A stretch of 64,000 bases of DNA from Takakia lepidozioides (taxonomy: Eukaryota > Plantae > Bryophyta), in the NCBI GenBank assembly GCA_030704615.1, contig CM060731.1:2108001-2172000 (forward strand). The letters are read 5' to 3'. Below the pieces are notes generated by a model that made no database searches, was not told where the DNA came from, and saw only the letters and a program-made list of their open reading frames with translations. Of this stretch, positions 25,756 through 39,149 are shown one piece after another; positions within the stretch are counted from its first letter, which is position 1, and each line of letters begins with the position of its first letter. Made by a program: the position numbers and the translations under genes.

Positions 25756-27338
25756 CTATAATCGGAGGTCCCAATCATCCCGGGAGAACTCGTATGATGC
25801 AAATAGTTTGGCTGCCACCCTAACAGTCCACTACAGCACATGTCATCATAAACATGTGCATCCCCTCACAGTATACTGACGTATGACCACAAAAGCTCTC
25901 ATGCCCCTCGCTTCGCTTGTCCCATACTACATTGGTTCTCCTAGGATGACCAAAAGAACTATTGACCAGCCCAGCAACATTGCCGAAGATATCGGGGTCA
26001 CCATCACAAAATCTGATCTCAATGGGAGACAACCCCAGTCTACGTACATCCTGTCCGTTGACACACAAAATGTAGGGTAGGATGTATGGGGCTTCGAGGC
26101 GTAATGTACGGAACTCCGCGGATGTGTAGTATGGACCGTAGTAGAGAAACAAGTCCACCATGCTGTTTCTCCGAGGAGAAACCACAATATCATTGACCGT
26201 GAATAAACCCCGACCCATAGCAGGGTCTGTAGCGGCTCTCCCCACAACATACCGTCTCCCCCAATACTCAAACTCCACATTTTCCTTTCTCGGATGGGGA
26301 TGGAGGGTCGCGATGATTCCCCCAACAACGAGCTGGACGGTCCTCAGTAACATAGTCCTATGCCGCTTCCCATCGGGGCGAGATCCGGCTCAGGCCGCCC
26401 CAAGCCGAAGGGGAGGAAACCTAGGGCGAAGCCGACCCCTCCTAGGGGTTCGGGGGGGACATGCACGTGGAGGTGGAGGTGGAGTGGTACTGCTGGCGAA
26501 GGAGATGAAGTGGAGGTGGTTGAGGATGTAATGTCGGAGGTGCAGCCGGGGGGTACAACGTCCAAATCAAGTACTACCAGAGGTGGATCAGGCAAAGAAA
26601 CAGACCGGGGGGTGGGCCTGCTCGTCGCCGAGCCATACGCCTACGACACCTACGATACCCCTCGACCCTACGCATCTCATCTACGTGCTGCTGGGGGAAC
26701 CAACTGGTCACATCGGGCACATGCTCTGGCACAATTCTGCAAGTAGACCGCGCGAAATGCCTCCTGTGCAATGTGATTGCGAGTTTGGGCATCAAGTCGT
26801 GGCTGCAATATGTGTATAACTTGCATCAATACTTATGTCGTATTTGGATTCATGTATGCTTACCAATCATACTATATTATTAGATAAACCTAAATGTACC
26901 TTAAAGGAATGTTAATGAGAGGGTGGGAAAAACCTCACCTTGTCCGCATCCGCAATCTTGTTCTTCTTGTAATGTTTTTTCGACAACAACGCGATCGTCG
27001 CCTCGGTGGTCTGGTGCCGCCCGGCGGTATCCATTCCCAACACTTAGTGCACCAACACTCAATTCTGTCGGGGGGGTCAAAGGTGGACGGAGTTGGACGG
27101 GGTGGCCCACGAGGGGCCACCCCGCAGCGCGCCCGACTCGATCCCGGAGTGTCACACATCCTCCGCATCAACCTGAAATTTGGCCCCGGTCCCTTCTACG
27201 ATTGTGCCCGGCAGCATGTATTGGATCAGGTGCAATGGGTGGCTCCTCGCCACGAAAAACAATCGCTCTAGGGCCACAATCAATATGTGGTACTACCTCC
27301 CCATCCTTGATGAAGACGGGTCGATGTTTCCTCACCAT
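25756..27338 (-). pseudogene. SET-domain protein gene, frameshifted, with an N-terminal CxCxxC motif, one probable intron (~26803-26899) and a Pro-rich linker
   Basis: GRGLFTVNDI, YYGPYY, DGD...GNVAGLVNSS, TNVVW and, after a frameshift, TVRVAAKLFASYE. Confidence 0.78.
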
Positions 27339-27769
27339 CGCATCCTAATTAACACACACCACCAGCACTTTCATTTCTCAAAAACCGTTGGCGAAAAAAC
27401 CCTATGCCTCAGCCTCGGGGCTTTCAAAATTGGTAACCAAAGGCGGAGCATCCCTATGGTGCTAGAGAGCCCAAGACAATAAATCCTTCCTCACGTTCTA
27501 TCTTCAAGATGCCCATGGAAAAATTTGTTGAGACCCACCCTTTGCGCTTATCATATTGAACCACATTTTGGGTATGTGAATCCTAATTACACCGTTTAGC
27601 CTTTCCACCCCAAGACCCACAACCAAAATCGCCAATCCAAAACCCAGCACCATAAAGAAAAGCAAACACCCTAACCCAGTACCATATGAGAAAAATAAAA
27701 AAAAAAATAAAAACTAAGAACCCCCCAAAAGGCCCTAAACCCTAAACCCAGAAAGGCCGGCCGTTGCCT

Positions 27770-27975
27770 CTTGCAACACCCTCGACGCGTTTTTTTCAAA
27801 TTTTTACGTGGGGGTCGCCCCCCGCGATGGAAAGCCGTCGCGGGGGGCGACATGTTTTTTTTATTTAGGGGGCCGGGGATCGCAAGCAGCGACGGCCCCC
27901 GTCGCAATATCATTTTTTACATTTCAAAAAAGGGCGAGGCGCGGCATGCGACGGCCGGGCGTCGCACGTAGCGCC
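27770..27975. repeat. GCGAC...GTCGC palindromes and telo-box-like CCCTAAA motifs upstream of the SET gene
   Basis: gtcgccccccgcga-N10-tcgcggggggcgac; gcgacggcccccgtcgc; gcgacggccgggcgtcgc. Confidence 0.7.
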
Positions 27976-28419
27976 GCGCCTTTTTTTTTCCCCTAAGTGC
28001 TTGAAGCACCTCTTTCCCCTCCCGTTTTTGTTTGTTCTTTGGGAGAGAGGTAGTTCAGAGAGTGGGGTTTAGGGTGGAGGAGAACGCACCTGCTGCTGAG
28101 CCCGAGGTGGTCGCAAGGCCCCAAGGAGTTTTCCCCAACGCCACTCCCAACGCCCAAGGTAAGCACCGCCTCCTCCCTCACTTTCTCTCTTGTTTTCTTG
28201 CCCTAAGCACGGTTGATCTCTCTCCTCCCCCCCTGTGTGGTAGGAACGCCGCGCAGAGGCGCGATCTAAACGAGTTGAAGGGAGAGAGCCGTGTTGAGCG
28301 GGGGAGAGACAAACCTTGCAGCGGCGGGGACCCGCTCCGTTGGCAGCCGCGACAGCACCGCAACAGCTCGCTTGAAGCACTAGCAGCAACAGCAACAACA
28401 GCCGCAACAGCAGAGGTAG

Positions 28420-31400
28420 GTCAAGGCAATTGCACTCTCCCTTTCCTCCCTGCTTCTGTTTAATGTTCAAAGGTAGTCTTCCTGCCCTGAGTTTAAATTT
28501 TGGTCTGGTGCCAAAGTGGGATAGACCCTTGAGCGCATCCATGATGTCCTCCCCCCATGTCACAGACTGGAAACAGGTTCAGGGAAGTTTTCTTCCTAAC
28601 TTCATTTTCATCGGACAATTTTCTGGTAATAGACATGGCTTTGGACACTACACACTCTAAGTCAGGTTTTATCCAGCAAGGTCAAGACTTGCGGGTCCAG
28701 ATTCAGATCCTTGGAGAATCTCTTCTACTCTCTTCTCCCAGGGCTTATCCTGTTTGACAGGGCGGTCCTGTTTCCAAGATATAGAGTCGATTAACTTAGG
28801 ATATCCGGTGTTGGACATATGTTGGACATATGCCATCTCTCCACAAGCCTAACCGTGCAGGGAGGTCTCCGCCAACACCACAACACTGCTACCTTAACCA
28901 AAGCAACTTCTTGCCAGCACAAGAAAAAAGAGCTTGGTCTCAAAAGGTAGGGTTTATAAAGGGAGGGAGAGAGAGACTTCCTTGTTCTACCAAGACGCCG
29001 CCATTCATCAAAGATCCAGAGGAGGGCTCCTAGGAACTTCATAAGCAGGCAAGTGGTACATCCGCCATCACTGCCGTGGTTCCCTTGTGCAGCAAAAAAA
29101 CAGACAAATGAGACAGTGTCCCGTATTAGGTCCTGTCAGATGAAGTCCTTTTTTCATCCAGGTTGGATTGAAAAAATAAATACTGACGGGAGTTTTGCAA
29201 TCAGTATATTCCGGGTTGATGTTGTTTCACTAGGGAAAAAAGAAATGTACTTTGGATGAAAAACATCTAAAATTCCATGCAACCCAATTTTTTCAATTTT
29301 TTCAATTTTTTCAAAGATGGAAGTCGGGACAACAATTCCATAAACCCCAGTTTCCAGAGGGAGAGAGAGAGAGAGAGAGGGAGACATCAGGGGGCAACAA
29401 GAAAAGAAAAGAAGGTGGGGGGGGGGGGGGAGTGACTGAGCAGCTGCTGCTGCTCAGTCCCCCCCCACATTTCTATTTTTTTCTTTGTTGCCCCCTCTCT
29501 TTGGGAAACAAAAGGGACAGATCCTACCTCTGTCAGGGGTTGACGTTGGTAGTAGACTTACCTTCACATATAGAATTAATCTGGGTTTCGCAGATATCCT
29601 CTACAAATCCCTTCACACAAGCATCAATCTGTTGTGTGTGAGTTGCCCAAAAACTAGGCCTCCGAAGGGGCTGGGCTTTTGGCTCAGCCTCGACTTTTTC
29701 AAGTTAGTAAACAGAGGTACATGCACAATTCCTTGATAGATTTGAAGAGAGCGTCTCTTTAGGTGAGAGAACCCCGGATAGTGTATCAGAAATGAATAAT
29801 GTCTTCAGGTTGCCACACAACGGGCAATTGCACTCTCCCGATCCTCTCTGCTTTTGTTTGCTTATCAAGGAAGGCTTCTGCCCCGAGTTTAAATTTCAGT
29901 CTAGTGCCGGAGTGGGTAGACCTTGAGGTCATCCAAGATCTCCTCCCCCATATAGACTGGAAACATTTTTTCCTACTTCATTTTCAATCAAACAATCTCA
30001 TCATGGCAACAGACATGGTTGGACACTACAAGCCCTCTATGTCAGATTTATCCAGCAGGGTATAGACTTGCGGTTCCAGTCCAGGTCCTTGAGAATCTCT
30101 TCTACTGTCTTCTGCCAGTGCTTAGCCTGTTTGACAGGTCGTGTGGCGTCCTGTTTCCAAGATATAGAGTCAATTAACTTAGATATCTGGTGTTGGACAT
30201 ATGTTTGCAAGCTGAACCCAACCCCACCATCTGACCTTGAATTTATCTCGTCGGGAGCTTAAAAGAGAGCTCACAGAAGAGAGGAAGATACTTTTTGTCA
30301 TGTCAAGACAAAGACAGGACCCCTAGGGTCGTTGTCATGAAAGAATAATCAGACATATCAGCCACTTAACAGTGGCACCATCCATCAATCATCAAGCTTA
30401 GAAATCCAGAATTACATCCATGCACAGTATGTGTTCATGTCAGTATTATTCATACCCAAAGAGTATGCCACTGATGTTGATTGACCATCATTCATGATCA
30501 TGATACATATTCAGAGGTCTGGGTGGGATGGCGGGTACTTGGCCATATCTTGGCCTTGATGTGGTGCAGGTCAAATGGTCATACAAATTTACTGTCCGCA
30601 AGCAGTAATCCAAGCATACTTACTCAAACCCCATGGGTGTCATGGAGGGTTTTTAAGAAAAAACCAAAAAAAACACTTGGATATCACATATTTAAATACC
30701 TTGCCCTGCGAGTATTTGTTTAGACTAGTCTGCAGCATAGCTTGCCCCCACAGGGGATGTGGATATGTCTGGTAAGTTTTTCCAGAATACCCCTATACCT
30801 TTATTTCTTGCTACAGCTGAAAATCAAAGTTCATCACACAGCAAGGTAAAGATAAAGGACTGCATACATTTCCTGTGACAGTATATGATACTGTCGGTAC
30901 ACCCTATTCACATCATTCCACATTTGACCATGGCATTACACCATGTCTAGGGGGTATTTCCACTTAACCACCCTGGCTGCCTCAAAAACCAGTTACCAAT
31001 TATATTGCTTCCATATTTCAGTGTCAGCCGAATAGCAACAGGCAGAATCTTCACCATACCTGGGCCTAAGCATCTAGCTAACAAAGCCATCCGGGTTGGA
31101 ACATAACAGGGGCATTTTACCAACTTGGGTACCCGAGTAGCTGCAGCAAACAGTTCCTTGCAGCCTCTCATTTTGTTTCCAACTACCATAAGGTAAACAA
31201 AGCAAACTAGGGCCTCGAAAACAGATGTTTGTCTCTCACACAAGCCATCATAAACCCGGCTGTCACAACAAAGCAGAGGTCTTCCACTGCTGGGGCCGAA
31301 AAAGCCCATCGTAGAAAGCATTACATTTGTTCTTCATAAATAAAGAAGGAAAGAGGTAGGATCAAGAAAAACCATAGAGTAGTTTAGTTTTTCAACATTT

Positions 31401-32995
31401 TAAGAGATGAGTCCATGGCAAGCGATTCCTTCCCCTCTCTGCAATCCCACTTGCATCCGCAGCACTAGAACGTCAGTATATTAAGTGGAAGCCCTCACCT
31501 CTGCCCGTCCCAAAAACAACCACAACGCACTATGAGTTAGTGAGGATGCACGAGGTGAGTAGCAGGCTTCCACACTTGCTATCGAGGTCAAATACACTTG
31601 AATCTAAGCGCAGAGAATGCCAAAGAAAGCAGAGAAGCAAGACAAACAGAAAAAAAAAAAAAAAAAAACCTTTTTTACTGTTTGGGGGAGGGTCGCCATC
31701 TCTCCACAATCCTAACCGTGCAGGGAGGTCTCCGCCAACACCACAACACTGCTACCTTAACCAAAACAAGTCTTGCCAAGCACAGAAAAAAGAGCTTGGT
31801 CTCAAAAGGTAGGGTTTATAAGGGAGGGAGAGAGAGACTTCCTTGTTTCTACCAAGACGCTGTCATTCATCAAAGATCCAGAGGAGGGCTCTTAGGGAAA
31901 CTTCATAGCAGGCAAGTGGTACCTCCGCCATCACTGCGTGGTTCCCTTGTGCAGCAAAAAAAAACGAAAATGAGACAGTGAATCTTCCCTCATCTCTAAG
32001 CCACCGCCATCGCCTTAAAGAGCCCGCATAGGCGGCGCTCACAGGAGCCATAAACACTTAGGGATTGGCAGCTCATAGCATCTGCAGCACGAGCACCATC
32101 GCTTCCTCCAAGCCGCCATCGCGCGCACTCTCGCCGCGCAAAAAGAAAGACATTAGGGTTGCGCAGGGTTTTCCCCCTGTCTGGCTCGTCATTCCATCCT
32201 TCTTAGGATGAAAAACATCCGCCAGCCTGTCGCCCGGGGGATCCGGACTTTGTCCTTTCTATTCGCGGAAGATGAAAAACATCGTGTGTTCATCCTATCT
32301 TGAACTCGAAGGATGCAGTCCGTTTTTCATCTAGGTTAGATGAAAAACATCGGGTTTTTTTTGTTTTGTTTTGTTTTTAAATATATATATATATATACCT
32401 GTCATGTCCCGTATTTAGGTCCTGTCAGATGAAGTCCTTTTTTCATCCAGGTTGGATTGAAAAAATAAATACTGACGGGAGTTTTGCAATCAGTATATTC
32501 CGAAAATGAATAATGAATTATTCAGAAAATGAATAATGTCTTCAGGTTGCCCACACAACGAGCAATTGTACTCTCCCGATCCTCTCTGCTTCTGTTTGCT
32601 TATCAAAGGAAGCTTCCTGCCCCGAGTTTAAGTTCAGTCTAGTGCCGAGAGTGGGTAGACCCTTGAGGTCATCCAAGATCTCCTCCCCCATGTCATAGAC
32701 TGGAAACATTTTGCCTAACTCAATTTTCATAAACAATCTCATGGCAACAGACATGGTTGGACACTACAGCCTCTAAGTCAGATTTATCCAGCAGGGTGAA
32801 AGACTTGCGGTTCCAGGTCCAGGTCCTTGAGAATCTCTTCTAACTGTCTTCTGCACAGACTTATTCTGTTTTGACTTGCGGTGGGCGGTGATGTTTCCAA
32901 GATATAGAGTCGATTAACTTAGGATATCTGGTGTTGGACATATGCTGCAGCTGACCCCACCATCTGACCTTAAACTCATCTCGTCGGGAGCTTAA
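28420..32995. repeat. Patchwork segmental duplications: a ~410-bp coding-like piece x3, a ~285-bp piece x2 and a ~95-bp piece x2
   Basis: 28425-28830, 29820-30200 and 32560-32945; 28832-29118 and 31695-31980; 29117-29212 and 32406-32502. Confidence 0.85.
29390..29495. repeat. Hairpin cassette (A-tract, G-tract, GACTGAGCAG|CTGCTCAGTC, C-tract, T-tract); second copy at ~32998-33160
   Basis: Symmetric arms gggggcaacaa...ttgttgccccc centred on CAGCTG. Confidence 0.8.
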
Positions 32996-33159
32996 AAGAG
33001 AGGGAGAGAGAGGGAGTAAGAGGGAGAGATCAGGAAACCAAAAAAAAAAAAAAAAATGTTGGGGGGGGGGGGGGGGAGAGTGACTGAGCAGCTGCTCGGT
33101 CCCCCCCCCCCCACATTTTTTTTTTCTTTGTTGCCCCCTCTCTCCCTCTGTCTCCCTCC

Positions 33160-36100
33160 TCGGAATTGGCCAGTTGCATCAGTGGTCTTTTCATGTTTTT
33201 CCATCTATACCAGATGGACTCTAAACAGTGTTTTCACCCGTCCTATAAAATTTTTCTGTCCATACCGGAAGAATTACCTGGGTGGACACTAAAATAGGTC
33301 TAAAAAGGGTCTATAATTTTTCATTCCTCTTTTATTGACTTTCATCTATACCAGATGAGTCACCAGAGAATGAGGAATTACCTCTGTAGGGGTTGTGACA
33401 CTGGCATCCTATCTATAATTTTTCCATCCATGCCGGATGAAAAATACCAGGATATTAATTTGTCTTATTCCTCCTTTATGCTTTTTTTTTCCGTACTGGA
33501 TGAGGCTTTTCTTAGGGGATGATGAATTTCTTGTTAGGATGAGAAACCGCTGCCTTGGATGATGTGTACTGCTTTTTCATCCTGCTGATGGACCTTCTCC
33601 AAATAGATGAACCTATTAACTTTTTTCATCTGAACTAGATGAAAAATGCAGCTTATGATGGCTATGGAGAATTGTTTAATTACCCTTAATTATGGCTAAT
33701 TAAGGAGTGAAACCCTAACCCCTACCCTATAATCTACTGTTTAAACCTAGCTAACGGATGACATCCGTCGGATTTTCGAGATAAAGGGTGTTGATTATTC
33801 ATCCTCCGCGGATGAAAAATCGGGCTTTGCCCTAGGGTGTCTCTCCCGCCGTCAGCAGCACTCCTCGTGCTTTTGAGCTTGCAGGTTGAGAGTTATGGCG
33901 TCTGAGCTCTGCTGCTACCCTGTCTGCTGCTTCGTGCCCATGCCGGACGAGCTCCTGGGGATGCGCAATGGCGGCGTCTTGTCTCTTCTCACAAGCGGGA
34001 GACCCCGCTATGATGGCATCGTCTCTTTCCCTACTCTGGCTTTTATGTTTCGCAGCGGCGCTTGTGTGGGGAAGTATATATCTCTCTCTCCCTTCTTAAA
34101 CCTAGCATTTGTATGTTTCGCTTCTCCTTAGCTGTGCTGGAGGTGGCTTGCTGGTGGCGATGGCACACAGTTACCTTCCCCAATCGCTCAAGGTGCTTTT
34201 GGTGATTAGGGTTCCTTTTACTTCATGTTTTTCTCTCTTGCTTTGGAGGTTCTTAGTTGACATCGATGACAAGTGCAGGGGTCTGTGATTCACTTGGGGT
34301 TCCACGATCCTCACTAACCCATTGGTTTTTGTGGGGGCTTGTGATGGGACCAGGTGAGGATCCCTACTTGCTTTGAATTCTCTTGAGCTTGCAGATAAAG
34401 ATGTGAGCAAAAGGAACATACTGCTGCTGCCTGCAGCCCCGATTCGGCCCGCTTGCTCCCGGTTTGACAAGATGATGCTTGCTTTTGACTTATGTTTTGC
34501 TGTCGTGGATGGAGCATTTCGGTCTGGCAGCCCTGTCTGTGAATCTTACCATGTCTTGAATCTTTGATAGCTTTGTCTGTGGATTTTTAGACTAGGTACT
34601 TTTTTGGCCTTAAAAGAGGATTGATGGTGTAAGGGTAAAGGCATCAGTGGCTGTTAGGCTCTAAGGAAGAGGAGGTCTGGTTTTTTTTTAAAAAAAACAG
34701 CCTGATAAGGCAATGACAGGCCGTTTTCAGACTTGGATTTGATGTGGAATGGAGCATAGTGAGGTTCTATTTGCAAAACATGGCATTAGCCTCCTAGGAA
34801 ACAGTGATGGTAAGCTCTAAAGGACTCTGGCCAGTGATTAGTTACATTATTTTGCCATATGAACAGCCACATGCATTGTATGATTTATCTTGGCCAAATG
34901 GGCTTGATCTTGGGCACTCAAATTGTATGTGTGTCCATATCTGGATGCTATGACAGGGCAGGCCTTTCTTCCATGCCAAAATGTCTTACATGATGCATAT
35001 CTTGGGGCAACTGTACATGATGTAGAATGAAGTCGCAGTCAGTCTTGTCATGCCCAAAGTGATCACTTGGTTGCATGTTTGGAGTCTGATTTACTTCAGG
35101 CTGGTCCAGCAAGAGTCCTATGTACACAGGTCTTGAATCTGTACAATGACAGACTGTTCTTACCTACCCAGAAGGCCATGCACGATGCACACCTTGGGGT
35201 ACTTACATTTGGCCAAATGTGAAGCTGCAATATGGCTTGCCATGCCCAAGAAGTTTACTTGGTGGCATGCCCGAAGTGTAATTAATTGCACGCTGGTCCT
35301 TCCAGTTGCCTGTGTGAACATTCCCTGAATGTGTTGTAGGGCAGGCTGTTCTTACCTACCTTGCATAATGCTTGTCTTGGATCACTTCAAGGTACCTGTG
35401 TATACATATCTTGGATCTGTGATGTGGCAAGAAGTTCTTATATGCCCATGATATCTTGCATGGTGCATATCTTATGGATAACTATGGATGATATAATCTG
35501 AGGCTGCAATCTGACTTATATTGTGCAAGAGGGTCACTTGGGTACATGACAGGAATCTGATTATGAACATACCCCGCCCCCCCACCCTGTTTTATCAAGA
35601 CTGAATGGGTGGCGTCACTTGGTATGCTATGACCAGACTGGAAATGTCTCCCTCTCTCCCTCTGTCTCCCTCTCTACTGGGAATTGGCAGTTTGCTATCA
35701 TCATGGATTTCTTGTTTTTTCATCCTCTATCGGCTTTCTCATCCATACCAGATGAGCCACCAGGATGGACATTGAATTACCTCTAGGATGGTTCTTTTGG
35801 CTTTTTCATCCTCCTTTATTGACTCTCATCCATACCGGATGAGTCACCATGGAATGAAAAAATTTACCTCTATGGAGGTTGCCAACAACATCCTGTTTTT
35901 CATCCATACCGGTTGAAAAACTACCAGGATAATAATTTTTTTCATTCCTCTGTCATTGACTCTTTTTATCCATATCGGATGGTCTGGTGAGGAATGATAA
36001 AATTACCTAGATAGAGGTAAAACGCTGCCACGGATGATATTCCCTACTTTTTCATCCTGACATAAGTGATCTGTTTATGGATGACGTGATTATGGCCTGG

Positions 36101-37900
36101 AATTGATCTTTACTACTCCTAATTATGATTAATTACAGTGGAAACCCTAACCCCTACCCCAAAACCTATTTTTAACCTTGCTGCGGATAAAATCCGTCAG
36201 GGTATAAGGATGTGTTCTACTGTTTTTCATCCATGGATGAAAAATCGGGGGACAAAACCCTATGTTGTCCGTCCCGATGTCAGAAGCACACGATGTGCTT
36301 CTGAGCTCGCGGGGAGAGTGTTATGGCGGACGTGCTTCGGTGGCTGCCCCGTTTGTGGTGTCGTACCCATGCTGGACGAGCGCTTGGGGAGGCGCAAAGG
36401 CGGCGCCTTGTCTCTCTTGCAGCGGGAAACACCGATGTGAATGCAGTGGCATCTTCCCTCCTCTGGCTTTTTAAGTTTAGCAAGGGCACTTGTGCTGGGA
36501 AGTATCTCTCCCTCCTTTCTAGTGCCTTGCGATTGTGCCTGCTTTGCTTCATTGCTTATGTGCTTTGTGGAGGCGGCTTGCTGCGGGTGGTGATGGCGCA
36601 TAACCCTCTTCCCCAATCGCTTAAGGTGCCTTTGGAGTTTAGGGATTCTCATGTTCTTATCTTCTTCTCTTGCTTTTGAGTTTCTTAGTTGACATCGATA
36701 ACAAGTGTGAGGGTCTGTGATTCACCTAAGGTTCCACAATCCTCATTAATCTGTTGATTTTGTGGGGGCTTGTGATGGGACCAGATGAGGATCCTCACCT
36801 ACTTTGAAGTTTCTTGAGCATGCAGATTGGGATATGGGTTGAAGAGATCTGTGGGTTATTGCGCTGTGAGGTGGCTACTGCCTGCAACCCCGATTTCAAC
36901 CCGACTGCTCCTGGTTTGGCATGCTACAGCCTGTGTTTTGGCCTTGGTCGTTTTGCCGTCGATGCGCAGCTCGGCCTGTCTGGCCTGTTTCCTGAGGCTT
37001 GCATACAAACCATACCCTACTTTTTGATCTTTGACAGCAGGGCCTGTGGATTATTGAGCTAGGTTGTAAGTTCTTTTGGCCAAAGAGGATCTGGTTTTAG
37101 GTGGTATGTTTTTGGCGGTTTTGGGTCTCTATGGACATGGTGGCCTTGAATGTTATGGCGGCAGCCTGATAAGGCACCGACCTGCTCCTTTTCGGGCCTG
37201 TTTCTGATGAGTACTGGATCATAGTGAGGTGTTCTTTGCATGCTTTAGCATGGAACTCTTGAAGGATGAGGATGGTAAGCTGCAATGGGATCCTACCTAT
37301 AGTTTTGGCTTTGTCATGACATCAGGCCTATGACCTGCAATCTGGTTTTTTTATATGCAAAAGAGGCTGGATCTCGGTTGTTCAAGTTGCTTGTATGTAC
37401 AAGTCTTGAACCTGCAATTTGACAGGCTGAATTCACATTCCCTTGACACCTTGTATGATCACATGTCTCGGGGTGAATACAAATGATATGGAATTTATTT
37501 CATCATGCCCAAGTAGGACTGCTTGGTGGCATATTGTGATTCTGACAAACTGCAGGCTGGTCCTTATGTCTTGGCTGATGCATGACATGCCATAATTAAT
37601 GGCTGAAAAGGTAAGTTGCTGCAACCCGTGGGTCATGTCCAAGATGTATGTGTGAAAACATGTCTTGAAATGGTAATAGGGCAGGCTGGACCATGGTACC
37701 TTGCCCTTTGCATGACCTCAGCACTTTTGTGTTCCTTCAATACATGACCTGCTGGTAAGGTATGTGTGCAGGCTGAACCAAGAGGCCTTGCAGCCTGCAC
37801 AGGGGCAGCAATATCCTATCTTGTCCCACACAAGAACAAACCCCGCCCTCCCACCCTGTTTTGTCTTGGATGATTGGGTGTTGTCATTTGGGATGATTTG
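33160..37900 (+). repeat. Two diverged ~2.4-kb tandem units, each starting with a GGATGAAAAA/TTTTTCATCC motif array and a telo-box
   Basis: Anchors: gaaaccctaacccctaccc at 33709/36141; ttagttgacatcgat at 34253/36684; ccccgccc..ccaccctgtttt at 35572/37841. Confidence 0.85.
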
Positions 37901-38129
37901 ACAAGACTGGAAGTGTGAGATAGTGTCATATCAAGGGCTGTTTATGTCTTTAATTGACAATGATCCCTTATGGGTCTTGTCTATGTCTTGACATGACGTG
38001 AATATCTTCCCATTCTCTTCCTTTTCCAGTGTACTTAGTGGTGTTTGTACACACTATCTACCATCTTCTTTTCTTGTTTCTGATTAACCATGGTATCATA
38101 CTGACATGGTTTTTTGGCTGACCTGGTAG

Positions 38130-38975
38130 AAAGCCAGCAAGGTTGTGCTTGAATGGAAGGATGAGCTTAAAGCCCTCGGATATCAGCTGCCCCTACCGCC
38201 TCCAATTCCAGCAGTGCAAGCTATACTTGCACAGATTAAACCAGGTGACTTCCATGCCACCTTACAAAAGCTGGAATTTGAAGCTTTCGAAGACGCCGGT
38301 GATAACCGGCCTGTCTTCTTACTCGAGACCTTAGCTTTGGATGATTGGGTTGCTCTTGGCATTTCAGCGAACAAGAATGGGAAGTGGTTGGAAAAAATCC
38401 AGAAATACCATTCTAAGTTGATGGAGATTTTAGATGATGATACTACTGAGGTTAGTGCTTGGGAAAGGGTTCCTCCATTGAAGAGGCCCTTAGGAGGGCT
38501 AACAATGAAGATGCCCTACATGTACCTACACAGAGATCTTCGACCACTGTTGAAAAGGATTTTGTACCCTCAGTGAGTAATCACCCAATTTTGGGCTGTA
38601 TGGATGTACCTGATGAAGAAAAAGAAGCTGTAAAAGACTTTTTTGACCAGGTTGTGCTCTCTCAAGTGGAACAGGACCGGGTTGCCGGGGCTACGCTAGG
38701 CAACCAGCAATTCGTTCCTTGGTTACCCCCTAGGGCGGTCGAGCTTGAGGTGGCCAACAATGACCACATGATGTGGCATCCCACGGCTAACATCAATCTG
38801 CTGGCCCCTATTTTGATTGACATGTGGGTCAAATGGGGGAACATTACACCAACTGAACGGACCAGATGTGCACAGGATGCCAAAGACAGCTTCCAGAGGT
38901 TCAAAAAAGAGCCAATTGCCTTGGCATGGCCTCTACAGACCTTTTACTACAAGCTTTGTGACCAAGGTGAGAACT
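38130..38975 (+). pseudogene. Truncated gene with a SAM-like N-terminal helical domain
   Basis: FLLETLALDDWVALGISANKNGKWLEKIQ resembles the SAM pattern; ORFs 38145 and 38459 overlap via a frameshift; cut by a repeat terminus. Confidence 0.45.
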
Positions 38976-39149
38976 TGACCTTACGGACCAAGAACGACCT
39001 GCCCCCGGTTATCAGCGTCACGTCCGTCCATCAGTGTCAGGTCACGTCAGACCTGATGCTGACGGGACCTCCGTCACGTCGGGTTCGGGGAATATTCTGG
39101 TAAAAATAGTAGCAGGTAAAATACTGCCACTTAAGCAGCCACGTCGCCG

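Noticed and set aside
30830-31330. Possible restriction-endonuclease-like gene relic (LETK.EAARNCLLQLLG)
   Set aside because: Too many stops and only one weak motif to support a call
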